In this document: positions 38,477 to 47,071 of the stretch, piece after piece
How the letters are laid out: every line of letters begins with the position of its first letter
How positions within the stretch are numbered: position 1 is the first letter of the stretch
From: Salinimicrobium gaetbulicola
GTDB taxonomy: Bacteria; Bacteroidota; Bacteroidia; Flavobacteriales; Flavobacteriaceae
Length of the DNA stretch: 64,000 nucleotides
Direction: 5' to 3'
Assembly: GCF_042676025.1 (NCBI RefSeq)
Contig: NZ_JBHTJP010000032.1
Span: 873,709-937,708 of the forward strand
Made by a program: the position numbers and the translations under genes
Notes under the pieces: generated by a model
Database searches by the model: none
The model's input: only the letters and a program-made list of their open reading frames with translations
What the model was told of the DNA's origin: nothing

Positions 38477-40819
38477 ATGAAATCCCTCCTATTTTCTACC
38501 TTAATGCTGTTTAGTGTTATTGCCAGCGCTCAAAATGCCTCCCTCTCAGGACGGCTTACTAATACACTGGGTGAGGTTATCCCTTTTGCAACGATAAGCT
38601 TTCAGAAAGCACCTTATACTTCGACTACTTCCGAAACCGGACAGTACATTATCCGGGATATTTCTTCTGGTAGCTATACCGTTATTTATTCTTCCCCAGG
38701 TTTCACTACCGTGGTTCGGGAAGTAAATTTAAAAGCGGGTGAAGAGCGAATACTTGATATCCAACTGGAAGAAGACATTAAGACACTGGATGAAATTATA
38801 ATTACCTCAAATAGAAGAATAGAAACGCTTGACGAAGTGCCTTCTTCGGTATCAGTATTAAGCTCTGCACAAATTGAAAAACTATCTCTTACCAGTAACT
38901 CAGTTGCAGACATCATGAACGAGGTGCCGGGACTGGCTTTAAGTACAAGCCAGACCAGCAATACTGGGCAGACCCTGCGTGGAAGAAAAATGCTGATATT
39001 GATCGATGGGATTCCTCAGTCCACCCCATTAAGAAACGGAAGCAGAGATGTGAACACGATCGACCCTAACGTGATAGAGCGGATTGAGGTGATCAAAGGA
39101 GCAACGGCCATTTATGGAAATGGTGCTGATGGAGGGATCATCAATTACATTACAAAAAATCCAAAAGCCTCAGAAAAACTTGAAAGTACCACCGAACTTA
39201 GCAGCGGAATTTCACTGGTAGATACAGATCACTCTCTTAGCTCAAAGCTATCTCAGACTTTTTCAGGACAAGTTGGAAAATTAGGGTATGTTGCCAACGG
39301 AAGCTTCCAGCAAACTGGGGTTTTTCGGGATGCAAACGGAGAAATAATCTCTCCTTCTTATGGCCTGGGAGAAACGGACCAATATAACCTGTTTGGAAAG
39401 TTTAACTATCAAATTAATCAGGATCATTCCCTTGAGTTCATGTACAACTACTTCAGCAGCAATCAAGACACTGAATACATCAATCAACCCGGAGTATACG
39501 GGGTAAGACCAGCTATAGGTGTGATTGGGGAAGACCCGGGAGTAGCCCAGGGAAATCGCTACAATCATAACGGTCAATTTACATATAACGCTTTCAACTT
39601 GATTGGAAACACAGATTTCAATTTAAACCTATATTTTCAGAACTTCCAAACCATTTATGGCTTTTCACCTTTCTTCTCTAATGAAGAAACCGGATATGAA
39701 GGAGGCCAGTCTATGATTGAGTCAGATAAAAAAGGGGCACGCATCAATTTCAAGACACCCTATACTCTTGGAAGTAAATTTTCGGGTGATATTCTTTACG
39801 GGGTTGACATCCTGAACGATGTTACCTCGCAGTACCTGGTTGATGGCCGTTTATGGGTACCCGAAATCGACATGAGCAACCTTGCCCCTTATGCACAATT
39901 AAAGTCCCTTTACAAAGATTTCGTCTTTAAAGCCGGGATACGCTTGGAGAATATAAATATTGACATCCCAGATTACAGAACTATATACATCTATCCAAAT
40001 GGGGGCACACCGCAAGGAAACGTAGCTGTTGAAGGAGGGGAATTAAAGTATGATGCCACGACCTTAAATGTAGGTTTACGATTTAACCGATGGTCACAAT
40101 TCAAACCTTTTGCAAGTTTCTCCCAGAGTTTTTCTATTGCAGATTTAGGCCGTACCCTTAGAAGTGCCACAGAGAATACCGTGGGTAATATTTCTTCGGA
40201 AGCAGTAATCGCCAATAATTATGAGGTTGGTTTTAATAGTTACCTTGGAAGGACCAGTATTAGTGGAGCATACTTCTTGAGTACTTCAGAACTTGGAGCA
40301 ACTTACCGAGAGGTTAACGGAATATTTCAGATCGCCCGTCAGCCTGAAAAGGTTTATGGTTTTGAATTAGCTGTAGATACTAAACTTACTGACCGAATCG
40401 ACCTGGGAAGCTCACTTTCCTGGACAGAGGGAAAACTGGATTCTGAAGACAACGACAACTATGATACATGGATGAACGGGGATCGCATCCCTCCTTTGAA
40501 GACTGTGACATATTTAAGCTATAATGCTTTTGATAAATTGAACTTAAGATTATCACATGTTTATAGTGGAAGGCGTGACCGTTTCGAGCCGAAAGCAGAT
40601 GGCAGCTACACTTATGGCCAGGGGCGGGTCGAGGACATCAACCTATTTAATCTTACCGCCAATTATAAAATGACAAACCAAACCTCCTTAGGACTAGGGG
40701 TCGAAAACCTCTTTAATGAAGATTATTATCTACCCATTTCCCAGTGGGATGCCAGACCGCAAAATTATATTAAAGGTAATGGAGCAAGGCTGAGTCTTTC
40801 TCTTAAAGTGAATTTATAA
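38477..40819 (+). CDS. TonB-dependent outer-membrane receptor with N-terminal carboxypeptidase-regulatory-like domain
   Basis: Signal peptide. SGRLTN…G…IPFATISF CarbopepD_reg-like domain. A plug region (DEVPSSVSVLS, TonB-box-like), then a long beta-barrel. Confidence 0.85.
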   Translation: MKSLLFSTLMLFSVIASAQNASLSGRLTNTLGEVIPFATISFQKAPYTSTTSETGQYIIRDISSGSYTVIYSSPGFTTVVREVNLKAGEERILDIQLEEDIKTLDEIIITSNRRIETLDEVPSSVSVLSSAQIEKLSLTSNSVADIMNEVPGLALSTSQTSNTGQTLRGRKMLILIDGIPQSTPLRNGSRDVNTIDPNVIERIEVIKGATAIYGNGADGGIINYITKNPKASEKLESTTELSSGISLVDTDHSLSSKLSQTFSGQVGKLGYVANGSFQQTGVFRDANGEIISPSYGLGETDQYNLFGKFNYQINQDHSLEFMYNYFSSNQDTEYINQPGVYGVRPAIGVIGEDPGVAQGNRYNHNGQFTYNAFNLIGNTDFNLNLYFQNFQTIYGFSPFFSNEETGYEGGQSMIESDKKGARINFKTPYTLGSKFSGDILYGVDILNDVTSQYLVDGRLWVPEIDMSNLAPYAQLKSLYKDFVFKAGIRLENINIDIPDYRTIYIYPNGGTPQGNVAVEGGELKYDATTLNVGLRFNRWSQFKPFASFSQSFSIADLGRTLRSATENTVGNISSEAVIANNYEVGFNSYLGRTSISGAYFLSTSELGATYREVNGIFQIARQPEKVYGFELAVDTKLTDRIDLGSSLSWTEGKLDSEDNDNYDTWMNGDRIPPLKTVTYLSYNAFDKLNLRLSHVYSGRRDRFEPKADGSYTYGQGRVEDINLFNLTANYKMTNQTSLGLGVENLFNEDYYLPISQWDARPQNYIKGNGARLSLSLKVNL

Positions 40820-40836
40820 ACACTAATACAGCAGCT

Positions 40837-41919
40837 ATGGGTACGCCCGTAGCTGCTTTTCTTATGAAAAACAGGCAGATCTTAAAATACCATTCTATAG
40901 CCGGACTTGTGGTTGGAGCTTTTTTGTTCCTTATGGGCCTGTCCGGAGCAGTCCTTGTTTTTCAGCATGATATAGAGGATCTTCAATGGGAGAAATATAA
41001 ATCTGTCTCCTCAGCTGAAGATTTAAATATTGATCTAGGAATTAATACCATACAGGAAAACTACCCTGGCTGGGATACCAGGCTTATTCATTTTAAAGCA
41101 AAGGAATCCCTGGTCTTCAATTTGCGGAAACCAACCGAACGATTATTTGTCTTTATCCATCCTTCCTCCGGGGAAATTATAAAAGAGGTTAATGAACTTA
41201 CTACCTTTACCCGTTGGTTGCTGAAGTTCCACTATTCCTTCCAGGCAGGTCCTGCCGGAAGAATTTTGGTTTTTTTCGTAGGCTTACTGTTCCTGTTTTC
41301 AATTTTATCCGGATTATATCTATACCGAAAATCTTTTTTTAAAACCTTGTTCTTTAAAATGAGGATCGTCTCGAAGAATAAAAGAACCTTTTATTCTTCC
41401 CTGCATCGAATTGTGGGAGTGTGGAGCCTGATCTTGAACCTACTTCTGGTAGTTACAGGAGTGTTTCTTGCCTGGACGGTAGCGGCAGCAGGATTGAAGC
41501 CGCCGTCCACGCCAGAAACTCCAATTGTCACCACATCTGTTGAGGAGCTTTTGAATAAAATAAATATCCAAAACCAGGATTTTACGCCCACATATATACG
41601 CCTTCCATTATCACCCGGTGGCGATCTTAGAGTGTATGGGCTTTATGACGATGATGCTTTTTTCTTTTCGGAATTCTACAACAGTTTCTTGGCCAATTAT
41701 GAGACTGGAGAGATCACCGGAAAAATAAGGGTTCAGGAAGCTGACTTAAAAACCCAATTATCCAGCACATTAATTCCATTGCATTTTGGGCAATATGGAG
41801 GGATATGGAGCAAGATATTGTATTGCCTTACGGGTCTTTCTGGTCCTTTCCTTTCAATTTCTGGGTTTATAATCTGGAAAAAGAGAAATGATAAGCGAAG
41901 GTATATTCACAAAGCTTAA
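40837..41919 (+). CDS. PepSY-associated TM-helix protein
   Basis: N-terminal …YHSIAGLVVGAFLFLMGLSGAVLVF, the hallmark first TM of PepSY_TM proteins. Four TM helices with periplasmic PepSY-like inserts. Adjacent to a TonB-dependent receptor as usual. Confidence 0.8.
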   Translation: MGTPVAAFLMKNRQILKYHSIAGLVVGAFLFLMGLSGAVLVFQHDIEDLQWEKYKSVSSAEDLNIDLGINTIQENYPGWDTRLIHFKAKESLVFNLRKPTERLFVFIHPSSGEIIKEVNELTTFTRWLLKFHYSFQAGPAGRILVFFVGLLFLFSILSGLYLYRKSFFKTLFFKMRIVSKNKRTFYSSLHRIVGVWSLILNLLLVVTGVFLAWTVAAAGLKPPSTPETPIVTTSVEELLNKINIQNQDFTPTYIRLPLSPGGDLRVYGLYDDDAFFFSEFYNSFLANYETGEITGKIRVQEADLKTQLSSTLIPLHFGQYGGIWSKILYCLTGLSGPFLSISGFIIWKKRNDKRRYIHKA

Positions 41920-41932
41920 GAAAGCAAACCCA

Positions 41933-43333
41933 TTAATCATCAACCAAACTGATCTTGTATATCTTGCCTGTATTTCCTGTAGGCCCCAACTCGCTTGATA
42001 CCGCAAGATAAATCTCTCCCTCGAGGTCTTGTCCGAAACCTTTTAGAAAATATCCAATATCTCCAGGGGTGCTTTTGAACTCCAATTCTTGAAAATCCCA
42101 AAGACCAGGACCGGAAGGATTGGCAAAAAATACTTCTCCTGTAGGCTCAAAGTCTCTGGAAAATGATCCAAATACATATTGCCCACTTAATTCAGGGATG
42201 GCACTACCCCTATAAACATATCCTCCAATGATAGTAACAGTTGAACCTCCAGCAGGGTTACTCGTATTGCTCATCTCTATTACGGGATCGATCAGCTCGT
42301 TGCCCAGGTTATCGATATCGGGACAAGAAGCCAGCACATTTAGATTATTGGAAGCATCAAAACAATGAGTTCCTTCTTTTACGTTCCAACCATAATTACC
42401 GCCATTTTCCACTACACTAATTTCCTCCCATAAGCGTTGGCCGGCATCTCCTACAAATAACCGGTGATCTCCTCCCATATCAAATGAAAATCTAAACGGG
42501 TTCCTGAAGCCATAAGCATAGATTTCATCCTTCCCTTCAGAATTTACGAATGGGTTATCACCAGGGATACCGTAAGAATCACCGCTATCAACATCTATTC
42601 TTAAAATATTTCCCAGAAGGTTAGCTTCAACGTCCTGGCCGTTCCCTCCTTCATTCACTTCATACCAATCCTCAACATGCCCCGGAGACACATCATCAGA
42701 GTCTCCTCCATCCCCAATAGAGATGTAGAGGTAACCGTCAGGTCCAAAAGCTATAGTTCCACCTTCATGATTACCTTGTGGTTGATTGATGTCCAAAATT
42801 ATTTTTTCTGAGCCGGCCATTACCATAGTTGGATCGGTATCTGAGACAATGAACTCAGATATTCTACTAGTATTATCCCACATTTCTCCTTCCTCGGGTC
42901 CTCCGGCTTTTGGCGGGGCTGTATAATAAACAAATAGCCGTCCATTTGAGCTGTAGTCCGGATGAAAAGCAAGACCCAGTAAGCCTCTTTCATCATAATT
43001 TGGAGTCAAGGAAACCATCATTGAGCTCACATCCAGGAAAGGATCTTCCAGTAATGTACCCGAATCATCAATGACCCAAACTTTCCCGATCTGGTCTATT
43101 ACGAATAAGTTTCCTGAGTTATCAGGTGAGGGGACAAGACCCACTGGAGATGCCATATTTTCAGCCACCAGGACAAGATCAATAGACTGGCTTTGCTCCA
43201 CGGGAGGAGGTGTGTTGTCATCGTCATCTGAACATCCTATTGCGCCAAAAAGCAGGGAAATTAAGCATATATATATCGGTAAGAACAAATTTCTACCGAA
43301 ATGTCCAAAATGTATAATTTTCGAATTTTTCAT
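41933..43333 (-). CDS. PQQ-dependent soluble sugar (glucose/sorbosone) dehydrogenase family beta-propeller lipoprotein
   Basis: Lipoprotein signal (AIGCSDDDD). PVGLV…DNSG.LFV.DQ.GKVWVI and LLGLAFHPDY blocks are typical of the YliI/GSDH family. Confidence 0.7.
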   Translation of the reverse strand: MKNSKIIHFGHFGRNLFLPIYICLISLLFGAIGCSDDDDNTPPPVEQSQSIDLVLVAENMASPVGLVPSPDNSGNLFVIDQIGKVWVIDDSGTLLEDPFLDVSSMMVSLTPNYDERGLLGLAFHPDYSSNGRLFVYYTAPPKAGGPEEGEMWDNTSRISEFIVSDTDPTMVMAGSEKIILDINQPQGNHEGGTIAFGPDGYLYISIGDGGDSDDVSPGHVEDWYEVNEGGNGQDVEANLLGNILRIDVDSGDSYGIPGDNPFVNSEGKDEIYAYGFRNPFRFSFDMGGDHRLFVGDAGQRLWEEISVVENGGNYGWNVKEGTHCFDASNNLNVLASCPDIDNLGNELIDPVIEMSNTSNPAGGSTVTIIGGYVYRGSAIPELSGQYVFGSFSRDFEPTGEVFFANPSGPGLWDFQELEFKSTPGDIGYFLKGFGQDLEGEIYLAVSSELGPTGNTGKIYKISLVDD

Positions 43334-43736
43334 AGCAAGAATTATTTTAAAAGATTATACCAGTTAAGGGAGCCTTTTAAAATTACCAAGATCTATTATG
43401 AGTTGGAATATTTTGTAGATGTATCCTTACAATTTTAACAGCTTCAATAGGCGATTTACCATTATTTTATAATTGATATCGGTTTTTAAAAACAATAATT
43501 AATAACACTAAAATATTTTTACGTAAATAATATTAATAACTTCGTAAAAATGTTAAACTTAAAGTTGAATTTATAGATTTTTGTAATTTTGATGAATATT
43601 TAATTTTTAGAGTTTATAAGATTATAAACTTTACTTATTCATCGATAAATCCCCCTCACTTACCTGCCTCAATTTTATCTGACTTCACCCAGGCAATCAT
43701 GAAGATACAAGGAGTATTAATTTAAATTATTGGATT

Positions 43737-44138
43737 ATGGACAGGAAAACATTTATTCAGAAAACAACAATGGGGATACTTTTAAGCATTCCGGCAGTTA
43801 GCATGCTCGGTTGCTCAGGATCTGATGATAACGGAAATGGAGTTCCAGACCCCGATCCCGATCCAACACCCACTGCGAAAAATTGCGTGGAAAACGGAAC
43901 CAGCGCTTCGGTAAGTTCGGCGCAGAATCATACTCACACTCTAACCGTTTCTAAAGAGGATGTTTCGGCTGCCACTACCAAGACTTATGATCTAAGCGAG
44001 TCAGCAAATCATATACACCAAGTTACACTTGAAGCAAATGATTTTCAAGCGCTGAAGGATAATCCAAACCAATCTATTACAAAGGTATCTACTACAAATA
44101 GCCAACACAGTCACAACGTAACAGTTTCCTGTGCCTGA
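43737..44138 (+). CDS. small lipoprotein with three H-x-H motifs (putative metal-binding)
   Basis: Lipobox MLGCSGSDD, a DPDPDPTPT linker, then three units of ~30 aa each containing N/Q-H-x-H-x-(V/L)-T-(V/L): QNHTHTLTV, ANHIHQVTL, SQHSHNVTV. Confidence 0.5.
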   Translation: MDRKTFIQKTTMGILLSIPAVSMLGCSGSDDNGNGVPDPDPDPTPTAKNCVENGTSASVSSAQNHTHTLTVSKEDVSAATTKTYDLSESANHIHQVTLEANDFQALKDNPNQSITKVSTTNSQHSHNVTVSCA

Positions 44139-44227
44139 TCTTTGTAATGTTCTAATTTAAATCCCTTTTTGCATTCAGGTAAAAAGGGATTACTTTTCTA
44201 CTGTATTTTCTGGATTATATCAGGATA

Positions 44228-44249
44228 AGGCACAGCCAACCCCTCCGAC
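44228..44249 (+). repeat. repeat D: 22-nt copy (one mismatch) of the left arm of repeat B (AGGC[G/A]CAGCCAACCCCTCCGAC)
   Basis: Direct match read from the sequence: 27670-27691 versus 44228-44249. Confidence 0.55.
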
Positions 44250-44411
44250 CCTAACAAAACTTATGTTTACAGGAGATTTCTCCCCACACTTTCCATACTT
44301 ACGGAGCAATGCACAATCGGTTTCTCGGAATGACTGCAATATTACGGCCATTGCAAAAAGAATAAAACCGCAATCATTGCGGTTTTATTCTTTATATCCA
44401 TCAAATAAGCA

Positions 44412-45101
44412 CTAGAACGTACTATTTAATCGAACAGTAAATTCCTTAGGACCTGCCAATTCCTCCCCATCTACCTTGAATTTAGGATTATATTTTCCCG
44501 TAGGAAGATCTTGGAAGGTATAAGTGTTACATGCTTTGGCAACGTCAACATATTTAGTCGCAGCCGTATTAACGGCAGATAAAGCCAAATTAGCCACTAA
44601 ACCTAACACCCCAGGAGCACCAGTATTGACGGAAGTATCATAGACAACCTCACCTTTTCTATTATACAAGGTCTCATTAGTCTTGGTCGATTTTATAATA
44701 TATTCCACTTCGACCTTTACGTTTGATCCAATTGCTGACTTATCCCACTTGTTGATAATGGTAAAAACAGCAAGATCAGCACCAAAGATTTCTCCAAAAG
44801 TACTCAATGGTGAATCTAAAAACAATTCAGCATCATAGGCACTTTCCTTCTTTAAGATCTCCATTGAAAGGAACGGAGGAATTACATAATATCCGGCATT
44901 TGCCAGGGGAACATTTAATGTGGTGTGGAAATATTCCTTGGCTTCCACATTAGTAGTTCTGTTAATGGGGGGCATCAATAAGACAGTAAGAGGCTCTTGC
45001 TCATACATTTGTTGATAAGCAACCGATTTTGCAACTTTGGGTGTACTACAACTGGAAAGTGTAAATACAATTAAACTAAATACAAACAGTGCTCTTTTCA
45101 T
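44412..45101 (-). CDS. DUF799 (GNA1162-like) lipoprotein
   Basis: Lipobox LSSCS. ~230 aa. It is the last gene of a four-lipoprotein operon with CsgG-like and DUF4810-like partners. Confidence 0.6.
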   Translation of the reverse strand: MKRALFVFSLIVFTLSSCSTPKVAKSVAYQQMYEQEPLTVLLMPPINRTTNVEAKEYFHTTLNVPLANAGYYVIPPFLSMEILKKESAYDAELFLDSPLSTFGEIFGADLAVFTIINKWDKSAIGSNVKVEVEYIIKSTKTNETLYNRKGEVVYDTSVNTGAPGVLGLVANLALSAVNTAATKYVDVAKACNTYTFQDLPTGKYNPKFKVDGEELAGPKEFTVRLNSTF

Positions 45102-45442
45102 AACTCAGTTAGTTTTAAGATTCTTTCAATAAAAATTTTAGATTCAGGATATAGCTCTATTTCTTTTGCCAGCATATCTTTTCCCTGGGCTACTTCTCCT
45201 TTTTGCAGTAGAATAAAACCATAATCGGCGTAGATTCCCGGGGGCACGGCCTTCCTTGTTCCGGTTTGTTCTGAAATTATTTTTTTGTAATTCTCAAGAA
45301 GGGTCGTTAATGATTCTTCATCACTTTTTTTAATATAGTTGTAACTGGCGTCCTCGTATTTTTCCCAGGAATAAAGTTGTTTTGGGGCAGTGCAGGATAC
45401 GGCCAGAATTGCTACAGTAAGTATTAAGATTATTTTTTTCAT
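45098..45442 (-). CDS. DUF4810-like small lipoprotein
   Basis: Lipobox AVSCT. YSWEKYEDASYNY near the N-terminus and a PPG…YGFLL…LYPES pattern. Overlaps both neighbours by 4 nt. Confidence 0.55.
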   Translation of the reverse strand: MKKIILILTVAILAVSCTAPKQLYSWEKYEDASYNYIKKSDEESLTTLLENYKKIISEQTGTRKAVPPGIYADYGFILLQKGEVAQGKDMLAKEIELYPESKIFIERILKLTEL

Positions 45443-45765
45443 GGTAGTATTATTTTTTTAGTCTCTTGGGCAGATACAAAAATTCTTTTTTGATAGATGA
45501 TCTCGTTATTATGAGCAACAGAGACCAGATGCTGGCCCGTTGAAATAGCATAAACTTTTCCCTTTGGTCTGTCAGCATGGTTTTTTTGCACCTCTGCAGA
45601 AAAAGAGGTTTTGCCATCAATGCTTACCTCTACACCCGAGTCGTAATTTTCGGGGTTTCCCAAAAAAACCAGAAATGCTTCATTTTCTAGACCTGAAGTG
45701 GTTGTTTTTACACCAGTGCATCCTACTGATAGGAGCACAATAAATAGAAGGATCAATTTTCTCAT
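45439..45765 (-). CDS. small lipoprotein, hypothetical
   Basis: Lipobox SVGCT, 108 aa. Translationally coupled to both neighbours by 4-nt overlaps. Confidence 0.5.
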   Translation of the reverse strand: MRKLILLFIVLLSVGCTGVKTTTSGLENEAFLVFLGNPENYDSGVEVSIDGKTSFSAEVQKNHADRPKGKVYAISTGQHLVSVAHNNEIIYQKRIFVSAQETKKIILP

Positions 45766-46694
45766 ATCTTAATTTCTTTAATGTAATACATATCAAGATT
45801 ACTACTATCAATCGTTCCCTCAACAAATGAAACCATTGAGAATTCAGATTGCGGATTATCACCTCCCATATGAGTTACTTTAACCTTTCCAACTGCTTTT
45901 CCCGGCAATTCCATCATCATCCCTGTTTGTGGATTTTTGACACTTTTACCTTTTTCAACGACCTCAAAAATGTCATTTACTTTAATTCCTTGACTGGCAC
46001 CTCCCGATATCAAAATTCCGTCTTGGTCATAAGTCAGGAAATAAGATTTCCAGGGTCTGTCCATACAATTGTTGATAATATTTTCTACGAGTTTAGAAAT
46101 GGCTACTGAAATTGCCTTGTCGCTTAAAGTGGCATCATAATCAGTACGTTCTCCCATTCCCATTACGGTTTTGTTGGTAGTTTCGGCCTCTCCCTTAGCC
46201 TCTTCAGAATAAATGATCTGGCCTGTGGAAACATCTACTAATCGTATGCTCACTCCAGCCTGTACGGTCTGTGTTTTACTTCGGGAGAAAACATTGACAT
46301 CACCAACATTTTTACGACCAAATTCAGTGACCGACCCAATAATCAGATAATCAGCCCCTAACTTTTGCCCCTGATTTTCAGAAAGCTTGTATTCCTCCAT
46401 TATTTTATCCATCTCCTGGCGTTCCAGAAGTATAAATTTATTTGTGGAAGCTAGTTTTGTTGTTAAAATGTCCAGTGCCTGATTGGTAATTGGATCATTT
46501 TCTTTTTCGTAGAAGATTCCTTTCGCATACTGGGTTTCATTTGAAAACCGGGCAATAGCTACTTTTCGCTTCAACCCCTGCGCCTCGGGTTGTTTTAATT
46601 CCTTGACCTGCGGTTCTACCTGGACAACATTTTGCTGCACAGTGCAGCTCATGAGGGTGCAACCAAGCGCAAGGCCCATTAGAGTTTTTCTCAT
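45762..46694 (-). CDS. CsgG-family (curli secretion channel-like / LpoB-like) lipoprotein
   Basis: Lipobox LMSCT. KRKVAIARFSNETQYAKG, LASTNKFILLERQEMDKIMEE and GADYLIIGSVTEFG blocks are typical of CsgG-family proteins. Confidence 0.7.
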   Translation of the reverse strand: MRKTLMGLALGCTLMSCTVQQNVVQVEPQVKELKQPEAQGLKRKVAIARFSNETQYAKGIFYEKENDPITNQALDILTTKLASTNKFILLERQEMDKIMEEYKLSENQGQKLGADYLIIGSVTEFGRKNVGDVNVFSRSKTQTVQAGVSIRLVDVSTGQIIYSEEAKGEAETTNKTVMGMGERTDYDATLSDKAISVAISKLVENIINNCMDRPWKSYFLTYDQDGILISGGASQGIKVNDIFEVVEKGKSVKNPQTGMMMELPGKAVGKVKVTHMGGDNPQSEFSMVSFVEGTIDSSNLDMYYIKEIKI

Positions 46695-47071
46695 TTTACC
46701 ATAATTTTTAATAGGTTAAGTAAAACCGACATTCCCAGAAAATCTTCTGTGAATTCCTTTCTGGTAGGGCAGAATATCGACATAACAATAATAATAAAAT
46801 TTTGTTAAAATTTTATTATATTTTAATTGTATTTTCGACGAACGACTCTCCTAAACACCTAAAATTCCATTTATTCTGACCAAATGAATCGTTCTAGTTT
46901 AACGGAGAATACTATTCCCGGAAAAGTTTTTATAGTACTCACTCATGGTGATCTCTAACCAGATTAAAATTATCTAGATTTTGTATTAAAATAAGACCAA
47001 TTACCAATTTAGCTGTCTCCTTGGCAAAAAGTGTTTTTTCATGTAACTTCATGAAATCTTTCAACCCTTAA

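Noticed and set aside
43334-43736. 400-nt AT-rich intergenic region with short TTAATAA/TTTATAA repeats upstream of the HxH lipoprotein
   Set aside because: The repeats are short and AT-biased and could simply be a promoter or UP-element region. No convincing tandem array or palindrome was found.
43830-43870. GAT CCC GAT CCC GAT CC (DPDPDP) nucleotide repeat
   Set aside because: It encodes a short Asp-Pro linker in the lipoprotein and is not an independent repeat element.
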